Shown in pieces: positions 47,053-58,186 of a stretch of 64,000 nucleotides of DNA. The notes beneath the pieces were generated by a model. The model searched no databases, was not told the origin of the DNA, and worked only from the letters and a program-made list of their open reading frames with translations. Both the position numbers and the translations under genes were made by a program. Source of the stretch: Spirochaetales bacterium. Its GTDB lineage: Bacteria > Spirochaetota > GWE2-31-10. The stretch's first letter is position 1. Each line of letters begins with the position of its first letter. The stretch lies in contig JBNMHA010000001.1 in the NCBI GenBank assembly GCA_050872545.1, positions 4,047 to 68,046 on the forward strand, written 5' to 3'.

Positions 47053-48507
47053 ATGAAGAACATATCTTTGCATACAAGAACAATTATAACAGCCGCCTCA
47101 TTAATATTTTTCATTTTCGCTTTAATGTTCATTGGAAGTATTTCTCTATCCAAAAAGCAGATAAAGAAACGATTCAATGCCGAAATAGAACAATTCAAAT
47201 CTACAGCTGCCGGCTGCTTATATTTGCCTATAAAGGAAAAACAAACTGAAAACGTATCTGAAATTCTTTCCGGATTACTGCAAAAAAAAGATGTCTTGTG
47301 CATTGAAATATATCTTGCAAATTCACCTAAAGAAATATTTTTTGCCAAACAAAAAATTGACGGCGATATAAAAGAAACTACGCTCCCTTTTACCGAAACT
47401 CCGAAACAAATTGCAACTCAGATGACGTTGCGTCCAATAGATAACACAGGAATAAGTGCAGGATATATAAGATTTTTCTTCGATACCGCATCAATGCACG
47501 CCGATTACAATGAAGCAAGAAGAAGAAGCTTAATTCTGTTTATTTGCGGCTGGCTTGTATTATCTGCGCTTATATATCTTTTTGTTCAAAGAACTTATCT
47601 TTCTCCATTAAAAAAATTAACGGTTAATATTGAAAACCTAAGTGTAACTTCTTTCGACAGCCAAATTTACATGAAAACATTCCAGAATTCTCAAAGAGAA
47701 TTTGCTGTAATTGAGAACTTTCTGAATCAGTACATAAGAAAAACTGCCAATATTACAGAACGGCTTCAAAATTTTTTCCGACAACTCAAAGATGTTTCCA
47801 AAGAGAACTTGAAGTTATCTTTGGATTTTGAAGATTCTGTTAATTCCGAAGCAAGTGCAATTGAGGAAATTTCGGCTACGTTGGTAGAATCAAGTGCATC
47901 TATTTTAAATATTTCAAACAGCACGCATTCAAGTGCAGAAAAACTTTCTACAAGTGCGGAAAAAGCTAAGGCAAGCTTTACATTAATAGATCAAATCACT
48001 TCGTCAATAACCGATATTTCCGAACAATCTAAAAAAATTCAGAATGCGCTGTCACTGATTTACGATGTTACAAATGAAACGGAAATGCTAGCAATGAATG
48101 CGTCCATTGAAGCTGCAAAAGCCGGAGAATTCGGAAAGGGTTTTTCTGTTGTAGCAAACGAAATCCGAGAACTGGCAGAAAAATCGCAGGAATCTGTTTC
48201 CGACATAGATGAGAAAATCAAACAGAACAACGAAATTGTAGAAAACACACAAACCGTCATTGCCGACAGTCAAAAGACATTGAAAGAAATTCTGGAAATG
48301 ACAGTTGTTTCCGACCAATTTTTGTCACAAATCGCCGTAGCAATTAACGAAACTTCTACCGGACAAGATGAGTTGTTGAAAGCTGTTGATAATATAAATG
48401 CTGCAATGACAAAAATTGTTGGTCTTGTAAGTGAAATGAAGACAAGAGCAAAAAGAATTGATGAAATCTCTTCTGTAATGGAAAGTGTTCTAAAACAACA
48501 GAAGTAA
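47053..48507 (+). CDS. Methyl-accepting chemotaxis protein
   Basis: An N-terminal TM, a periplasmic region, a second TM, and the signalling domain with [33 protein letters not shown]. Confidence 0.85.
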   Translation: MKNISLHTRTIITAASLIFFIFALMFIGSISLSKKQIKKRFNAEIEQFKSTAAGCLYLPIKEKQTENVSEILSGLLQKKDVLCIEIYLANSPKEIFFAKQKIDGDIKETTLPFTETPKQIATQMTLRPIDNTGISAGYIRFFFDTASMHADYNEARRRSLILFICGWLVLSALIYLFVQRTYLSPLKKLTVNIENLSVTSFDSQIYMKTFQNSQREFAVIENFLNQYIRKTANITERLQNFFRQLKDVSKENLKLSLDFEDSVNSEASAIEEISATLVESSASILNISNSTHSSAEKLSTSAEKAKASFTLIDQITSSITDISEQSKKIQNALSLIYDVTNETEMLAMNASIEAAKAGEFGKGFSVVANEIRELAEKSQESVSDIDEKIKQNNEIVENTQTVIADSQKTLKEILEMTVVSDQFLSQIAVAINETSTGQDELLKAVDNINAAMTKIVGLVSEMKTRAKRIDEISSVMESVLKQQK

Positions 48508-48513
48508 AAAAAA

Positions 48514-48568
48514 TGAAGTGTATTCCAAATCTTTCGTGTTAGGAAATACACTTCATTTTTTCATAAGC
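48514..48568. terminator. Bidirectional terminator between the MCP gene and the convergent small gene
   Basis: The 10-bp inverted repeat GAAGTGTATT...AATACACTTC followed by a T-run. Confidence 0.5.
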
Positions 48569-48588
48569 GACTTATTTTATTTAAGCAA

Positions 48589-49011
48589 TTAATTCAAATC
48601 AATTTCTATTTCATCAATATTAAATTTTTCGGCAACTTCAGAGCTTACAAGTTCCGCATATCGGTAAACAGAATCACTGTGATTATCGGAAAGATAAAGT
48701 TTAACAGTATCGGCTTTTTTATTTTTCAAAATGATATTCATTTGAGGTGCAATAGTTTCATCATTTTCAGTAAATCGGAAAGCTTTCTTTTCTCTAAAAA
48801 ATTTATTAGGAACATACAAAACCTTAACTGAATGATCTCGGTCAAAATAATTGATTATAAGACCTTCTCTGCACTGAAAAACTTTTTTAATCATATAATT
48901 ATTTACAGTGTATTTATCTTCTTTTCCTTCTTCAGATGTTTCCTGAGCAAACGCACCCACAGCACAAACGGCAAACGCCAAAATAAAAACCAACATTTTT
49001 CTATACATCAA
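48589..49011 (-). CDS. Hypothetical secreted protein
   Basis: ORF of 140 aa with a signal peptide ending AFA-QE. Confidence 0.4.
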   Translation of the reverse strand: MMYRKMLVFILAFAVCAVGAFAQETSEEGKEDKYTVNNYMIKKVFQCREGLIINYFDRDHSVKVLYVPNKFFREKKAFRFTENDETIAPQMNIILKNKKADTVKLYLSDNHSDSVYRYAELVSSEVAEKFNIDEIEIDLN

Positions 49012-49231
49012 AATTCCTCCTTAAATCCTTTTATAGAAACTTCCCATATATTACCGAAAAGCAGTATAAAATCAAGAAAAAAAAGAGAAAATAATTTACT
49101 TTGCCGGAACATTAAGATATACTCCGGCAACAAAAAAACAGATAATCTTAAAGAAAAACTCTGATTCTTATTGAAGACAAGCTTTAATTTTAATCAAACA
49201 TTGTGATTTTATAAGGTTAGAAGAGGAGTAA

Positions 49232-49735
49232 ATGTTGGACTTACAAGAATTGCATCTTGCAGTAAACGACACATTCAAAGTACTTCCCGCTCCGGGACTG
49301 CTCTTATTGTCAAATGACGGAACCCAAAAAAATCTTATTACCATAGGTTGGCTGCAATTCGGAAATCTTTGGAACAAATGGACAGTAAACGTTTTCATCC
49401 GTCTATCACGTCACTCATTTAAAATATTAAACAACAGCGAATATTTTTCACTGAATGTTTTAGCCCCACAGAAATATATAAACCAAATAAATCTGTGTGC
49501 ACAGACATCCGGCAGAAACTGCGACAAAATAAAAGAAAGCGGATTGACAATTGCTGAAAACAGTGAAACAAAAATAATCTCAATAGCCGAAGCTCAAACC
49601 GTATTTGAATGCAAAATTCTCAATAAAGTAATGTTGGACAAAGCAAATCTTTCCGACGATTTACACAAAAAATTTTATTCAAACGATGACTTTCACCAAC
49701 TTATTACCGCAGAAATACTAAATATTAAAAGATAA
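49232..49735 (+). CDS. Flavin reductase-like FMN-binding domain protein
   Basis: Length of 167 aa with an N-terminal …LLLSNDGTQKNLITIGW… segment that resembles the split-barrel flavin-reductase-like fold. Confidence 0.5.
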   Translation: MLDLQELHLAVNDTFKVLPAPGLLLLSNDGTQKNLITIGWLQFGNLWNKWTVNVFIRLSRHSFKILNNSEYFSLNVLAPQKYINQINLCAQTSGRNCDKIKESGLTIAENSETKIISIAEAQTVFECKILNKVMLDKANLSDDLHKKFYSNDDFHQLITAEILNIKR

Positions 49736-49745
49736 GGACTGTACT

Positions 49746-51107
49746 ATGAAAAAAGAAGCAGAAGAAATCAACAGTATATTAAAAAATTCATCACCTACCT
49801 TTTACTCTGTATTAAGCGAATTGGGAAAACGTCTTTACATGCCGAAAGGGATTATTTTCCAAAGCAATCAATCAAAAAATCATGCAAATCATTATAATGC
49901 GTCTATCGGGATTGCCAAAGAAAACATCGGTTTTGACGAAAGCAAAGGCATTACCGTAGAGAATCTTGCGCCGATGACGCTTAATTCCATAGGCAAGTAT
50001 TTTACCGGATTGGGACAAAACGAAATTTTCAATTATGCACCGCAACCCGGACTTCCGGCATTGCGCGACTACTGGCATGAAAAAATTGTACGCCAAAATC
50101 CGTGCCTGAAAAGTAAAGAACAAATAAGCCGTCCTATTTTAACAGGCGGACTGACTCATGCAATAAGTTTGGCAGCAGAGCTGTTTACCGATCCGGGCGA
50201 TGAACTTTACCTTGCCGATAAATTTTGGGAAAACTATTCATTGATTTTCGATGTGAGATACCAAGTAAATCTGATTCATTATAAATTGTACAAAGATGAT
50301 TACTCCGGTTTTAACCTCGAATCATTGGAAAATACTTTGCGAAAATCCAAGAAAGACAAGCTGATTATGCTGTTTAATTTTCCGAATAACCCAACAGGCT
50401 ACACTGCAACTGAAAAAGAAATGGACGCAATCCGAGATATTTTAGTTCGTATTGCGGAAACTGGAAAAAAACTTGTCGTTCTGTGCGATGATGCTTATTA
50501 CGGTTTATTCTACGATAAAGACATTTATCCCGGCTCAATTTTTTCAAAGCTTGCAGGCGTACATGACAACATTGTTGCTGTAAAAATCGACGGCGTATCG
50601 AAAGAATGTTACGCTTGGGGATTTCGAGTTGGTTTCATAACTTTTGCTGATAATTTCCAATCGGAAGACGGTTACGGTGTAATGGAAGAAAAAGCAGTCG
50701 CCGGCATACGAAGTTCTGTTTCTTCATGTTCCAGCATTGCGCAGTCCGTTTTAAGCCACGCAATAAAAGATGAAGATTACCCTAAAGAAAAGGCTGAAAA
50801 ATTTGCAATATTGGAATCACGCGTCGCAAAGGTAAAAGAAATCGTTTACCGTGAAGAATACAAATCTTACTGGGACGTTTATCCGTTTAATTCCGGTTAT
50901 TTTATGTGCCTAAAGATAAAAAATATACCGGCAGAAACAGTCCGCAAACATGCTCTTTTCCGCTATGGATTGGGTACAATCGCATTTGACCAAGATTTGC
51001 GTGTAGCATTCTCGTGCATTTCAGAAGAAAATCTTGAAACTGTTTTCCATATCATAGCTAAATCAATAGAAGATATTAAAAAAGGCGACATTGAAACAGG
51101 GAACTAA
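49746..51107 (+). CDS. PLP-dependent aminotransferase (class I/II)
   Basis: A candidate Schiff-base lysine in VSKE, an NPTG motif and a length of 453 aa. The substrate is unassigned. Confidence 0.6.
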   Translation: MKKEAEEINSILKNSSPTFYSVLSELGKRLYMPKGIIFQSNQSKNHANHYNASIGIAKENIGFDESKGITVENLAPMTLNSIGKYFTGLGQNEIFNYAPQPGLPALRDYWHEKIVRQNPCLKSKEQISRPILTGGLTHAISLAAELFTDPGDELYLADKFWENYSLIFDVRYQVNLIHYKLYKDDYSGFNLESLENTLRKSKKDKLIMLFNFPNNPTGYTATEKEMDAIRDILVRIAETGKKLVVLCDDAYYGLFYDKDIYPGSIFSKLAGVHDNIVAVKIDGVSKECYAWGFRVGFITFADNFQSEDGYGVMEEKAVAGIRSSVSSCSSIAQSVLSHAIKDEDYPKEKAEKFAILESRVAKVKEIVYREEYKSYWDVYPFNSGYFMCLKIKNIPAETVRKHALFRYGLGTIAFDQDLRVAFSCISEENLETVFHIIAKSIEDIKKGDIETGN

Positions 51108-51113
51108 TTAATA

Positions 51114-51686
51114 ATGAAAGTAAGCATAAGAATTAAAAATGAAGATTGGAAACGCGACCTTCAAGAAGCAGCGATGAATACTATCAATAAAAAATGGAAT
51201 GAAGGAAAAGAGCTGACCGAAGAACTGCTGCGAAAATACATAATAAGTGAACATTCGCCTATTCGTGCAGTGGAACTGAGAATTACCCTTTATGAAATTC
51301 CAAGCCCGAACAGCGTTCACTTTGCTCGTCATGTTCATTCAGTTCCTTATGTTACCACACACCGCCCGGACAGAACAGGTCAAGAACGCAGCGTAAATGA
51401 CACATGCACACATATAATGGATGTAAATATTCAAGCACTGATTGACATGGCACGAAAACGCCTTTGCATCGGGAAAGTAGACAAAGTAACTTATGCTTAT
51501 ATGCTGGAAATAAAAAAAGAGCTTATTGCAATGGGAAGTTACTACAAAGTAATCGGTGAATGTTTAGTACCAAACTGCGTGTACAGAGGCGGCTGCCCGG
51601 AATTCAAATCATGTGGGTTCTGCAGCAAATATACCGAAACAGGAATTGCTGAACGTTACAAAAAATACAACGACGAGTTATCATAA
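51114..51686 (+). CDS. Hypothetical protein with a C-terminal Cys cluster
   Basis: ORF of 190 aa ending CLVPNCVYRGGCPEFKSCGFC. Confidence 0.4.
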   Translation: MKVSIRIKNEDWKRDLQEAAMNTINKKWNEGKELTEELLRKYIISEHSPIRAVELRITLYEIPSPNSVHFARHVHSVPYVTTHRPDRTGQERSVNDTCTHIMDVNIQALIDMARKRLCIGKVDKVTYAYMLEIKKELIAMGSYYKVIGECLVPNCVYRGGCPEFKSCGFCSKYTETGIAERYKKYNDELS

Positions 51687-51943
51687 TCTTTCATCACCAC
51701 GCAGCCTTGCAAAATTCTCTTTGACTGCATACTTTTTCCCTTAATACAAATTCACTTTTTTTTCTTAAAAAGTTATAAAGCATACAAAATTTTTTAGGCA
51801 TTCGAGCTTTGTCTCATTTTTGTTTTTATGAAAATGTAAAAAATGAGAAATTGAAATAATTTTGTTTATAAACTCTCGTTCTGCTTTAAACCACTTTTTA
51901 TAACAAAGAAACATGTGAAAACTAATGCAAAAAGAGGCTTTTT

Positions 51944-54856
51944 ATGAAACTTGGACTTGACATTGGCTCTACTACAATAAAATGTACAGTTTTGGATGAT
52001 GACAATAAAATTGTTCATCAATCATACGACCGACACTATTCACGAATAATAGAACAGGCAAAAATACTTTTTAATGACCTGTCAAAGAAGTTCCCCGATG
52101 CCGAAATGAAAGTTGCAGTTTCGGGTTCCGCCGGAATGGGAATTGCCGACAGTCTGAATCTTCCTTTTATACAAGAAGTTTATGCTACAAAAGTTGCGGC
52201 TGAACATTTTGCCCCAGAAACGGACGCAATCATTGAACTCGGCGGCGAAGACGCAGAAATTCTTTTTCTGACCGGGAATTTGGAAGTCAGAATGAACGGC
52301 TCTTGCGCCGGCGGAACAGGTGCATTTATAGACCAAATGTCTACACTGCTGAATCTGACTGTAGCACAAATGAATGAAGAGGCTGCAAAAGCGCAAAAAG
52401 TTTATACAATAGCTTCCCGGTGCGGAGTTTTTGCGAAGTCCGATATTCAGCCGTTATTAAATCAAGGTGCATTAAAAAGTGATATTTCGGCAAGTATATT
52501 TGCCGCCGTTGTTAATCAAACTATTGCTGGACTGGCTCAAGGACGTCCGATTGAAGGCAACATTTTATATCTGGGCGGTCCGCTTACATTTATTTCCGAA
52601 CTACGCAAAGCATTTGATGAGGCTCTCGGCAAAAAAGGTTTATGCCCGGAAAACTCCCTTTACTTTGTAGCTTTAGGAAGTGCAATGCAAGCTTCTACAT
52701 CAATAAAGTTATCTGATGTCGCAGAAAGAATCAGCCATTACAAAGGCAATTGTGCCTCATCTACAACATTGCCGGCACTTTTCAAAAATGAAGCGGAATA
52801 CCACGAATTTGCTACTCGCCATGAAAAGGACAAAGTTCCGTGCAGAGACCCAAATTCTTATACCGGAGACGTTTTTTTAGGAATTGACGCCGGTTCTACT
52901 ACTATCAAAATGACCGTAATAAATACGGAGCGTGAAATCCTGCTGACAAGTTATCAGTCCAACAGCGGAAATCCGATTCCTTTGGTGTTAAAATTTTTGG
53001 AAGATTTCTACAAGAATCATCCGAATTTGCATTTGGCAGGAGCTGCGGTTACAGGTTACGGAGAGGAAATTATTAAAAATGCCTTTCTGATTGATGAAAA
53101 TATTGTTGAGACAGTAGCTCATTTTACTGCCGCAAAAGCATTTTTGCCCGATGTAGAATTCATTATAGATATAGGCGGTCAAGATATTAAATGTTTTAAA
53201 ATTGCCAACGGAACAATAGACAATATTTTCCTTAATGAAGCATGTTCCTCCGGCTGCGGTTCATTTTTGCAAACATTTGCAAGTGCGCTCGGATACTCAA
53301 TTGCAGATTTTGCGAAATTCGGACTGAAAGCCGACCACCCTGTAGATTTAGGCTCACGCTGTACGGTTTTTATGAATTCATCTGTAAAACAAGCCCAAAA
53401 AGACGGCGCAACAATCGAAAATATTTCAGCCGGGTTGTCTATAAGCGTAGTAAAAAATGCACTTTACAAAGTAATACGAGTAGGTTCGGCAAATGAACTC
53501 GGAACAAAAATAGTAGTTCAGGGCGGAACATTTTTAAATGATGCCGTACTTAGAGCTTTTGAGCAAGAACTAGGCGTAAATGTTGTTCGTCCGTCATTAT
53601 CCGGGTTGATGGGTGCATACGGTGCGGCTCTTTACGCTGCCGAACATGTAAAAAACGGCACAACCGTACTTTCTGCAGAACAATTAAAAACATTTAAACA
53701 TGAAGTAAAAGCTACGACCTGCGGGCTTTGCAGCAACCACTGTCAACTTACCATAAACACATTCGGAAACGGCAGAAAATTCATCGGCGGCAACAGATGT
53801 GAACGCCCGGTAACAAAGCGCGATTCAATCAACAATTTGGACATGTACCAATATAAACTTGAATTACTGCAAAATTACTGCAAGCCACAGACAAATCCGG
53901 GCAAGCGTGGAAAAATCGGAATTCCTATGGGGTTGAATTTTTATGAATTGCTTCCGTTCTGGTATGCATTTTTTACATCATTGGGTTTTGAAATTGTAAC
54001 ATCTCCTGTATCAAACAGAACTTTGTTTTTGGATGGGCAGCACACGATTCCGTCCGATACAGTTTGTTTCCCGGCAAAACTACTGCATGGTCATATCAAA
54101 GCATTAGCAGATAAAGGAATAAAAAGAATTTTTTATCCTTGTTTGTCGTACAATTTAAATGAAAAACTTGGAGACAATCATTACAACTGCCCTGTTGTAG
54201 CGTATTATCCGGAAGTTATTCACGCAAATATGCCGGAAATCAAACAAATAGATTTCAAATACGATTACTTAGGAATTCACCGAAAAAAAGATTTTCCTAA
54301 GAAAGTTCTGCCAATTCTGCAAGATTGGGCAAAAGACATTAAACTTAAAGAAGTTCAAAAAGCTGCGGACAAAGCATACGAAGCGCATGAAAATTATTTA
54401 GCTAAAATTCGTGCAAAAGGTTGGGAAATGATTAACGAAGCCAGAAGCAAAAAAATGCCTATCATCATCCTTGCCGGCAGACCGTACCACATTGACCCGG
54501 AAATTAACCATGGAATTAACAGATTGCTTGCAGCCTGCGGTGTCGCGGTAATATCGGAAGATGTCGTAAGCGACAAAGTAGAGCGTTTCCCGACTGCGGT
54601 ACTGAACCAATGGACTTATCATTCAAGATTGTACGCTGCAGCTAAGTACATCGGAGATGTAAAAGACATGAATTTAATTCAGCTGGTTTCATTCGGCTGC
54701 GGAGTTGACGCAATCACTACAGATGAAGTACGAAGTATCCTTGAAGAAAAAGGAAAAATCTATACACAATTAAAAATCGATGAAATTACAAATCTGGGTG
54801 CGGTAAAAATCAGACTGCGAAGCCTTTTTGCTGCAATCGGTCACAAGGAGAGTTAA
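51944..54856 (+). CDS. CoA-substrate-specific enzyme activase (tandem BadF/BadG/BcrA/BcrD-type ATPase domains; 2-hydroxyglutaryl-CoA dehydratase activator-like)
   Basis: Two acetate/sugar-kinase-like ATPase modules (DIGSTTIKCTV and IDAGSTTIKMTV) and a length of 970 aa. Confidence 0.65.
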   Translation: MKLGLDIGSTTIKCTVLDDDNKIVHQSYDRHYSRIIEQAKILFNDLSKKFPDAEMKVAVSGSAGMGIADSLNLPFIQEVYATKVAAEHFAPETDAIIELGGEDAEILFLTGNLEVRMNGSCAGGTGAFIDQMSTLLNLTVAQMNEEAAKAQKVYTIASRCGVFAKSDIQPLLNQGALKSDISASIFAAVVNQTIAGLAQGRPIEGNILYLGGPLTFISELRKAFDEALGKKGLCPENSLYFVALGSAMQASTSIKLSDVAERISHYKGNCASSTTLPALFKNEAEYHEFATRHEKDKVPCRDPNSYTGDVFLGIDAGSTTIKMTVINTEREILLTSYQSNSGNPIPLVLKFLEDFYKNHPNLHLAGAAVTGYGEEIIKNAFLIDENIVETVAHFTAAKAFLPDVEFIIDIGGQDIKCFKIANGTIDNIFLNEACSSGCGSFLQTFASALGYSIADFAKFGLKADHPVDLGSRCTVFMNSSVKQAQKDGATIENISAGLSISVVKNALYKVIRVGSANELGTKIVVQGGTFLNDAVLRAFEQELGVNVVRPSLSGLMGAYGAALYAAEHVKNGTTVLSAEQLKTFKHEVKATTCGLCSNHCQLTINTFGNGRKFIGGNRCERPVTKRDSINNLDMYQYKLELLQNYCKPQTNPGKRGKIGIPMGLNFYELLPFWYAFFTSLGFEIVTSPVSNRTLFLDGQHTIPSDTVCFPAKLLHGHIKALADKGIKRIFYPCLSYNLNEKLGDNHYNCPVVAYYPEVIHANMPEIKQIDFKYDYLGIHRKKDFPKKVLPILQDWAKDIKLKEVQKAADKAYEAHENYLAKIRAKGWEMINEARSKKMPIIILAGRPYHIDPEINHGINRLLAACGVAVISEDVVSDKVERFPTAVLNQWTYHSRLYAAAKYIGDVKDMNLIQLVSFGCGVDAITTDEVRSILEEKGKIYTQLKIDEITNLGAVKIRLRSLFAAIGHKES

Positions 54857-54861
54857 TTCTT

Positions 54862-56169
54862 ATGAAAGAAAATATAACAGATGATGTAAACAATAGACTG
54901 CGTGACAGTCAGGGAAGAGTTCTTTTCACAAAAGATATGAAAGATTTCACCATTTTGATTCCGATGATGCTTCCTATTCATTTTACACTGATAAAAAATG
55001 TTTTTAATCACGCCGGTTACAATATGGAGCTGCTGACAAACACCGGACCTGCCGTAGTACAGGAAGGGCTGAAATATGTTCACAACGACACATGCTATCC
55101 GGCATTGCTGGTTATCGGGCAGTTAATAGATGCACTAAAAAGCGGAAAATACGATGTAAACAAAACAGCGTTAATCATTACACAAACCGGCGGAGGCTGC
55201 CGTGCATCCAACTACATCCACCTGCTGCGTAAAGCATTAAATAAAGCCGGATTCGGTTTTGTTCCGGTAATTTCGCTTAACATCGGCGGCTTGGAAAAAA
55301 ATGCCGGCTTCAAATTGACAATTCCGATTCTACGCCGAGCAATTGCCGCATTAGCTTACGGTGATGTGCTTATGACATTGAATAATCAAGTAAAAGCATA
55401 CGAGGACAATCCCGGTGAAACCAAAAAGCTTACAGATGAATGGGTAGCAAAACTTGCCGATGAAGTAAGCTGCGACAGAGGTTTAACAACAAAAGAAATG
55501 GAGAAAAATCTTCATGCAATAATAAAATCATTCAGTGATATTCCGCGCCATGTTGTTCCTAAAGTGAAAGTCGGAATTGTCGGTGAAATTTTTGTTAAAT
55601 ATTCCGGTCTGGGAAATAACGAACTGGAAGCTTTCCTTGCGTCACAAGACTGTGAAGTTATGGTGCCGGGTTTAATGGGATTTATGCTGTTCAAAATTGA
55701 CAACCGACTGGAAGATATTCGACTTTACGGCGGAAGCCGCATGAAAAAAATCGTAGTTTCCATATTAATGCAATTCTTTACAAAGATGGAAACTCTTATG
55801 ATTGATATTTTCAAAGATTATCCAGAATTTATTCCGCCTTCATCATATAAGCACACAAAATCATTAGTAAAAGGAATGATCGGCTACGGAAATAAAATGG
55901 GCGAAGGCTGGCTTCTTACCGCCGAAATTCTCGAACTTATTGAACTAGGTTATGCAAATGTTGTTTGTACGCAACCTTTCGGATGTCTGCCAAATCATAT
56001 TTGCGCAAAAGGTATGATTCATAAAATCAGAGAAAGATACAATGACGCAAATATTGTCGCTGTAGACTACGACCCGGGCGCAACAAAAGTTAATCAGGAA
56101 AACAGAATAAAGCTCATGCTTTCTATTGCACGGGAAAATCTCGCAGGAAAAAATAAAACTCATGAGTAA
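54862..56169 (+). CDS. 2-hydroxyacyl-CoA dehydratase family protein (HgdB/D-component-like partner of the activase)
   Basis: A length of 435 aa and a position immediately downstream of the activase. I assign the family by its typical pairing. Confidence 0.45.
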   Translation: MKENITDDVNNRLRDSQGRVLFTKDMKDFTILIPMMLPIHFTLIKNVFNHAGYNMELLTNTGPAVVQEGLKYVHNDTCYPALLVIGQLIDALKSGKYDVNKTALIITQTGGGCRASNYIHLLRKALNKAGFGFVPVISLNIGGLEKNAGFKLTIPILRRAIAALAYGDVLMTLNNQVKAYEDNPGETKKLTDEWVAKLADEVSCDRGLTTKEMEKNLHAIIKSFSDIPRHVVPKVKVGIVGEIFVKYSGLGNNELEAFLASQDCEVMVPGLMGFMLFKIDNRLEDIRLYGGSRMKKIVVSILMQFFTKMETLMIDIFKDYPEFIPPSSYKHTKSLVKGMIGYGNKMGEGWLLTAEILELIELGYANVVCTQPFGCLPNHICAKGMIHKIRERYNDANIVAVDYDPGATKVNQENRIKLMLSIARENLAGKNKTHE

Positions 56170-57427
56170 ATTATATTTAGTAAAAGCCGGAACAAACGAA
56201 TCTTTTGAAGTTCAAGACAACTGCACTGTAGGAAGGGAAGCATCAAATGAAATTGTGCTTTCTTCTTCCTACATCAGCAAGTACCACTGCAAACTGACAA
56301 AGAAAGAAAATGTTTGGCTGCTAAGCGATTTAAATTCCACAAACGGAACATTTTTAAACGGTGAAAAAGTCACTCACACTACTGTACTGCGCGACAAAGA
56401 TACGATAATGCTCGGTTGCAGCGATTTCACTTACAATGTGAAAGTTGACAATGACATTGAAATCCCGGAAATAAAAACGACTGTTCTGAATAATGAAAAT
56501 ATTGAGATTCTGCAGCATAATGAAAAGCCGCAGACTTTTTCAGAACACTTCAAACTGACCAATAATGCAAATCATGACAAACTTTTATACATTTTAGTTC
56601 CGTCTGTTGCCGGGATATTTCTGCTTTTCCTAATTATCGCAAGCATTATCGGGTATTTTAAACAACCGAAAGCTGATGAAAAAAATACTGCGGCTGCCAA
56701 TGTAATTGTCCGCAATGAACACACCGCTTTGGGAACCGGCATTACTCAAAATCAGCAAGTAACGCTTCCTGAAAAAGAAAAAATGCATTACATCGAGGAT
56801 TTTATCGTAGAACGATTGATGAAACTCGGTGAAAAGCGTGAAAACATCACAACCGATATGATTACCAGAACAATTTATTACATGGAATATTACAGACAAG
56901 GACAAACTTTTTATGACAGAATGGAAAAGCGCAAAAAGTACGTGCAGATTATCGAAGATGAACTGAAAAAAGTTAATTTGCCTGCAAGTTATTCTTTTAT
57001 TCCTTTTGTTGAATCCGGATACGAACCTGAAGCATACAATAAAAAATCTGGAGCAAGAGGGATGTGGCAGTTTGTCCCTGCAACAGCCAAAGAGTACGGC
57101 TTAGCAGTCACAAAAAACCGAGACGACCGTACAGATGTCCGCAAATCCGCCAAAGCCGCCGCAAGATACCTTTCCGATATGTGTGCGGTTTTCGGTAATG
57201 ACGCATTTCTACTTGTGACTGCTTCATTTAATTGCGGCGATGGACGGTTGAGAATTGCACTGAAAGAAGCCAATGCACATGACGGAGATTCCAAAAGAAA
57301 ACGCTCCTTTTTTTACTTATACGATAAAAAACTGATTCCACCTGAAACAAGAGATTATGTTTTCAAAGTCGTTGCGGCGGCTTTGCTTTCTGAATATCTT
57401 GCCCAACAGGAAATTACGGAGAAATAA
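56162..57427 (+). CDS. FHA-domain protein with C-terminal lytic transglycosylase (SLT) domain
   Basis: An FHA region (…TVGREASNEIVL…SKYHC…NSTNGTFLNGEKV), one TM and the SLT motif …GARGMWQF…. Confidence 0.65.
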   Translation: MSKLYLVKAGTNESFEVQDNCTVGREASNEIVLSSSYISKYHCKLTKKENVWLLSDLNSTNGTFLNGEKVTHTTVLRDKDTIMLGCSDFTYNVKVDNDIEIPEIKTTVLNNENIEILQHNEKPQTFSEHFKLTNNANHDKLLYILVPSVAGIFLLFLIIASIIGYFKQPKADEKNTAAANVIVRNEHTALGTGITQNQQVTLPEKEKMHYIEDFIVERLMKLGEKRENITTDMITRTIYYMEYYRQGQTFYDRMEKRKKYVQIIEDELKKVNLPASYSFIPFVESGYEPEAYNKKSGARGMWQFVPATAKEYGLAVTKNRDDRTDVRKSAKAAARYLSDMCAVFGNDAFLLVTASFNCGDGRLRIALKEANAHDGDSKRKRSFFYLYDKKLIPPETRDYVFKVVAAALLSEYLAQQEITEK

Positions 57428-58138
57428 ATGGCTTCTTGGGAAAACTTTCTTGATGAAAACAAAGAACTTGTTGATTCTATATTTACACACTTAAAGGAAG
57501 AAACTCGAAACGGAATTGAAATTACACCGCCGAAAGAACTTAGGCTGCGCTTTACATCACGTCAGCTTTCATCGGTAAAAATATTAATTTTAGGACAAGA
57601 CCCGTATCCGCAATCCGGCGTAGCTACAGGACGAGCGTTTGAAGTAGGAACGCTGCATTCTTGGTTCGACAGCTTCAGAAATACATCGCTGAAAAACATT
57701 GTCCGTGCAATTTACGCTGCTGGAAATGACAGAATTTTGAAATTCAATGAAATTTTGCAGGAAATAAAAGCCGGCAATTTTAAAATTCTTGCGCCAAACG
57801 AACTATTTGCAGCACTTGAAGCGCAGGGCGTTCTGTTTTTAAACACCGCATTCAGCTGCCGAGTCGGTGAACCGGGTTCACACATAAAACTTTGGGAACC
57901 ATTTACCGCTAAATTGCTTTCATTTATATCAAAAGAAAACCCGGAAATTCTCTGGTTCATCTGGGGAAGCATTGCCGAAAAGCAAACGCAAAATCTTTCC
58001 ATTAAGAAACTGGTGTCATCACATCCTATGATATGCTGCAATAAACCGAAAGATTTTCTGTTTGACGTAAATATGTTTAAGCAAACAAAAGACTTAATCT
58101 GCTGGACAGGAATACACGATCAGTGCATTAATGATTAA
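57428..58138 (+). CDS. Uracil-DNA glycosylase superfamily protein
   Basis: The GQDPY motif (ILILGQDPYPQ) and a length of 236 aa. Confidence 0.5.
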   Translation: MASWENFLDENKELVDSIFTHLKEETRNGIEITPPKELRLRFTSRQLSSVKILILGQDPYPQSGVATGRAFEVGTLHSWFDSFRNTSLKNIVRAIYAAGNDRILKFNEILQEIKAGNFKILAPNELFAALEAQGVLFLNTAFSCRVGEPGSHIKLWEPFTAKLLSFISKENPEILWFIWGSIAEKQTQNLSIKKLVSSHPMICCNKPKDFLFDVNMFKQTKDLICWTGIHDQCIND

Positions 58139-58186
58139 TCATTAGGTCTAATAATCAATATATGATTTCACAAAAGGGGGAGGAAA

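Noticed and set aside
51114-51686. The 190-aa ORF as a flavin-dependent thymidylate synthase (ThyX).
   Set aside because: There is a superficial EH...RH pattern, but the RHRx7-8S ThyX signature is absent and the protein is too short. I kept it as hypothetical.
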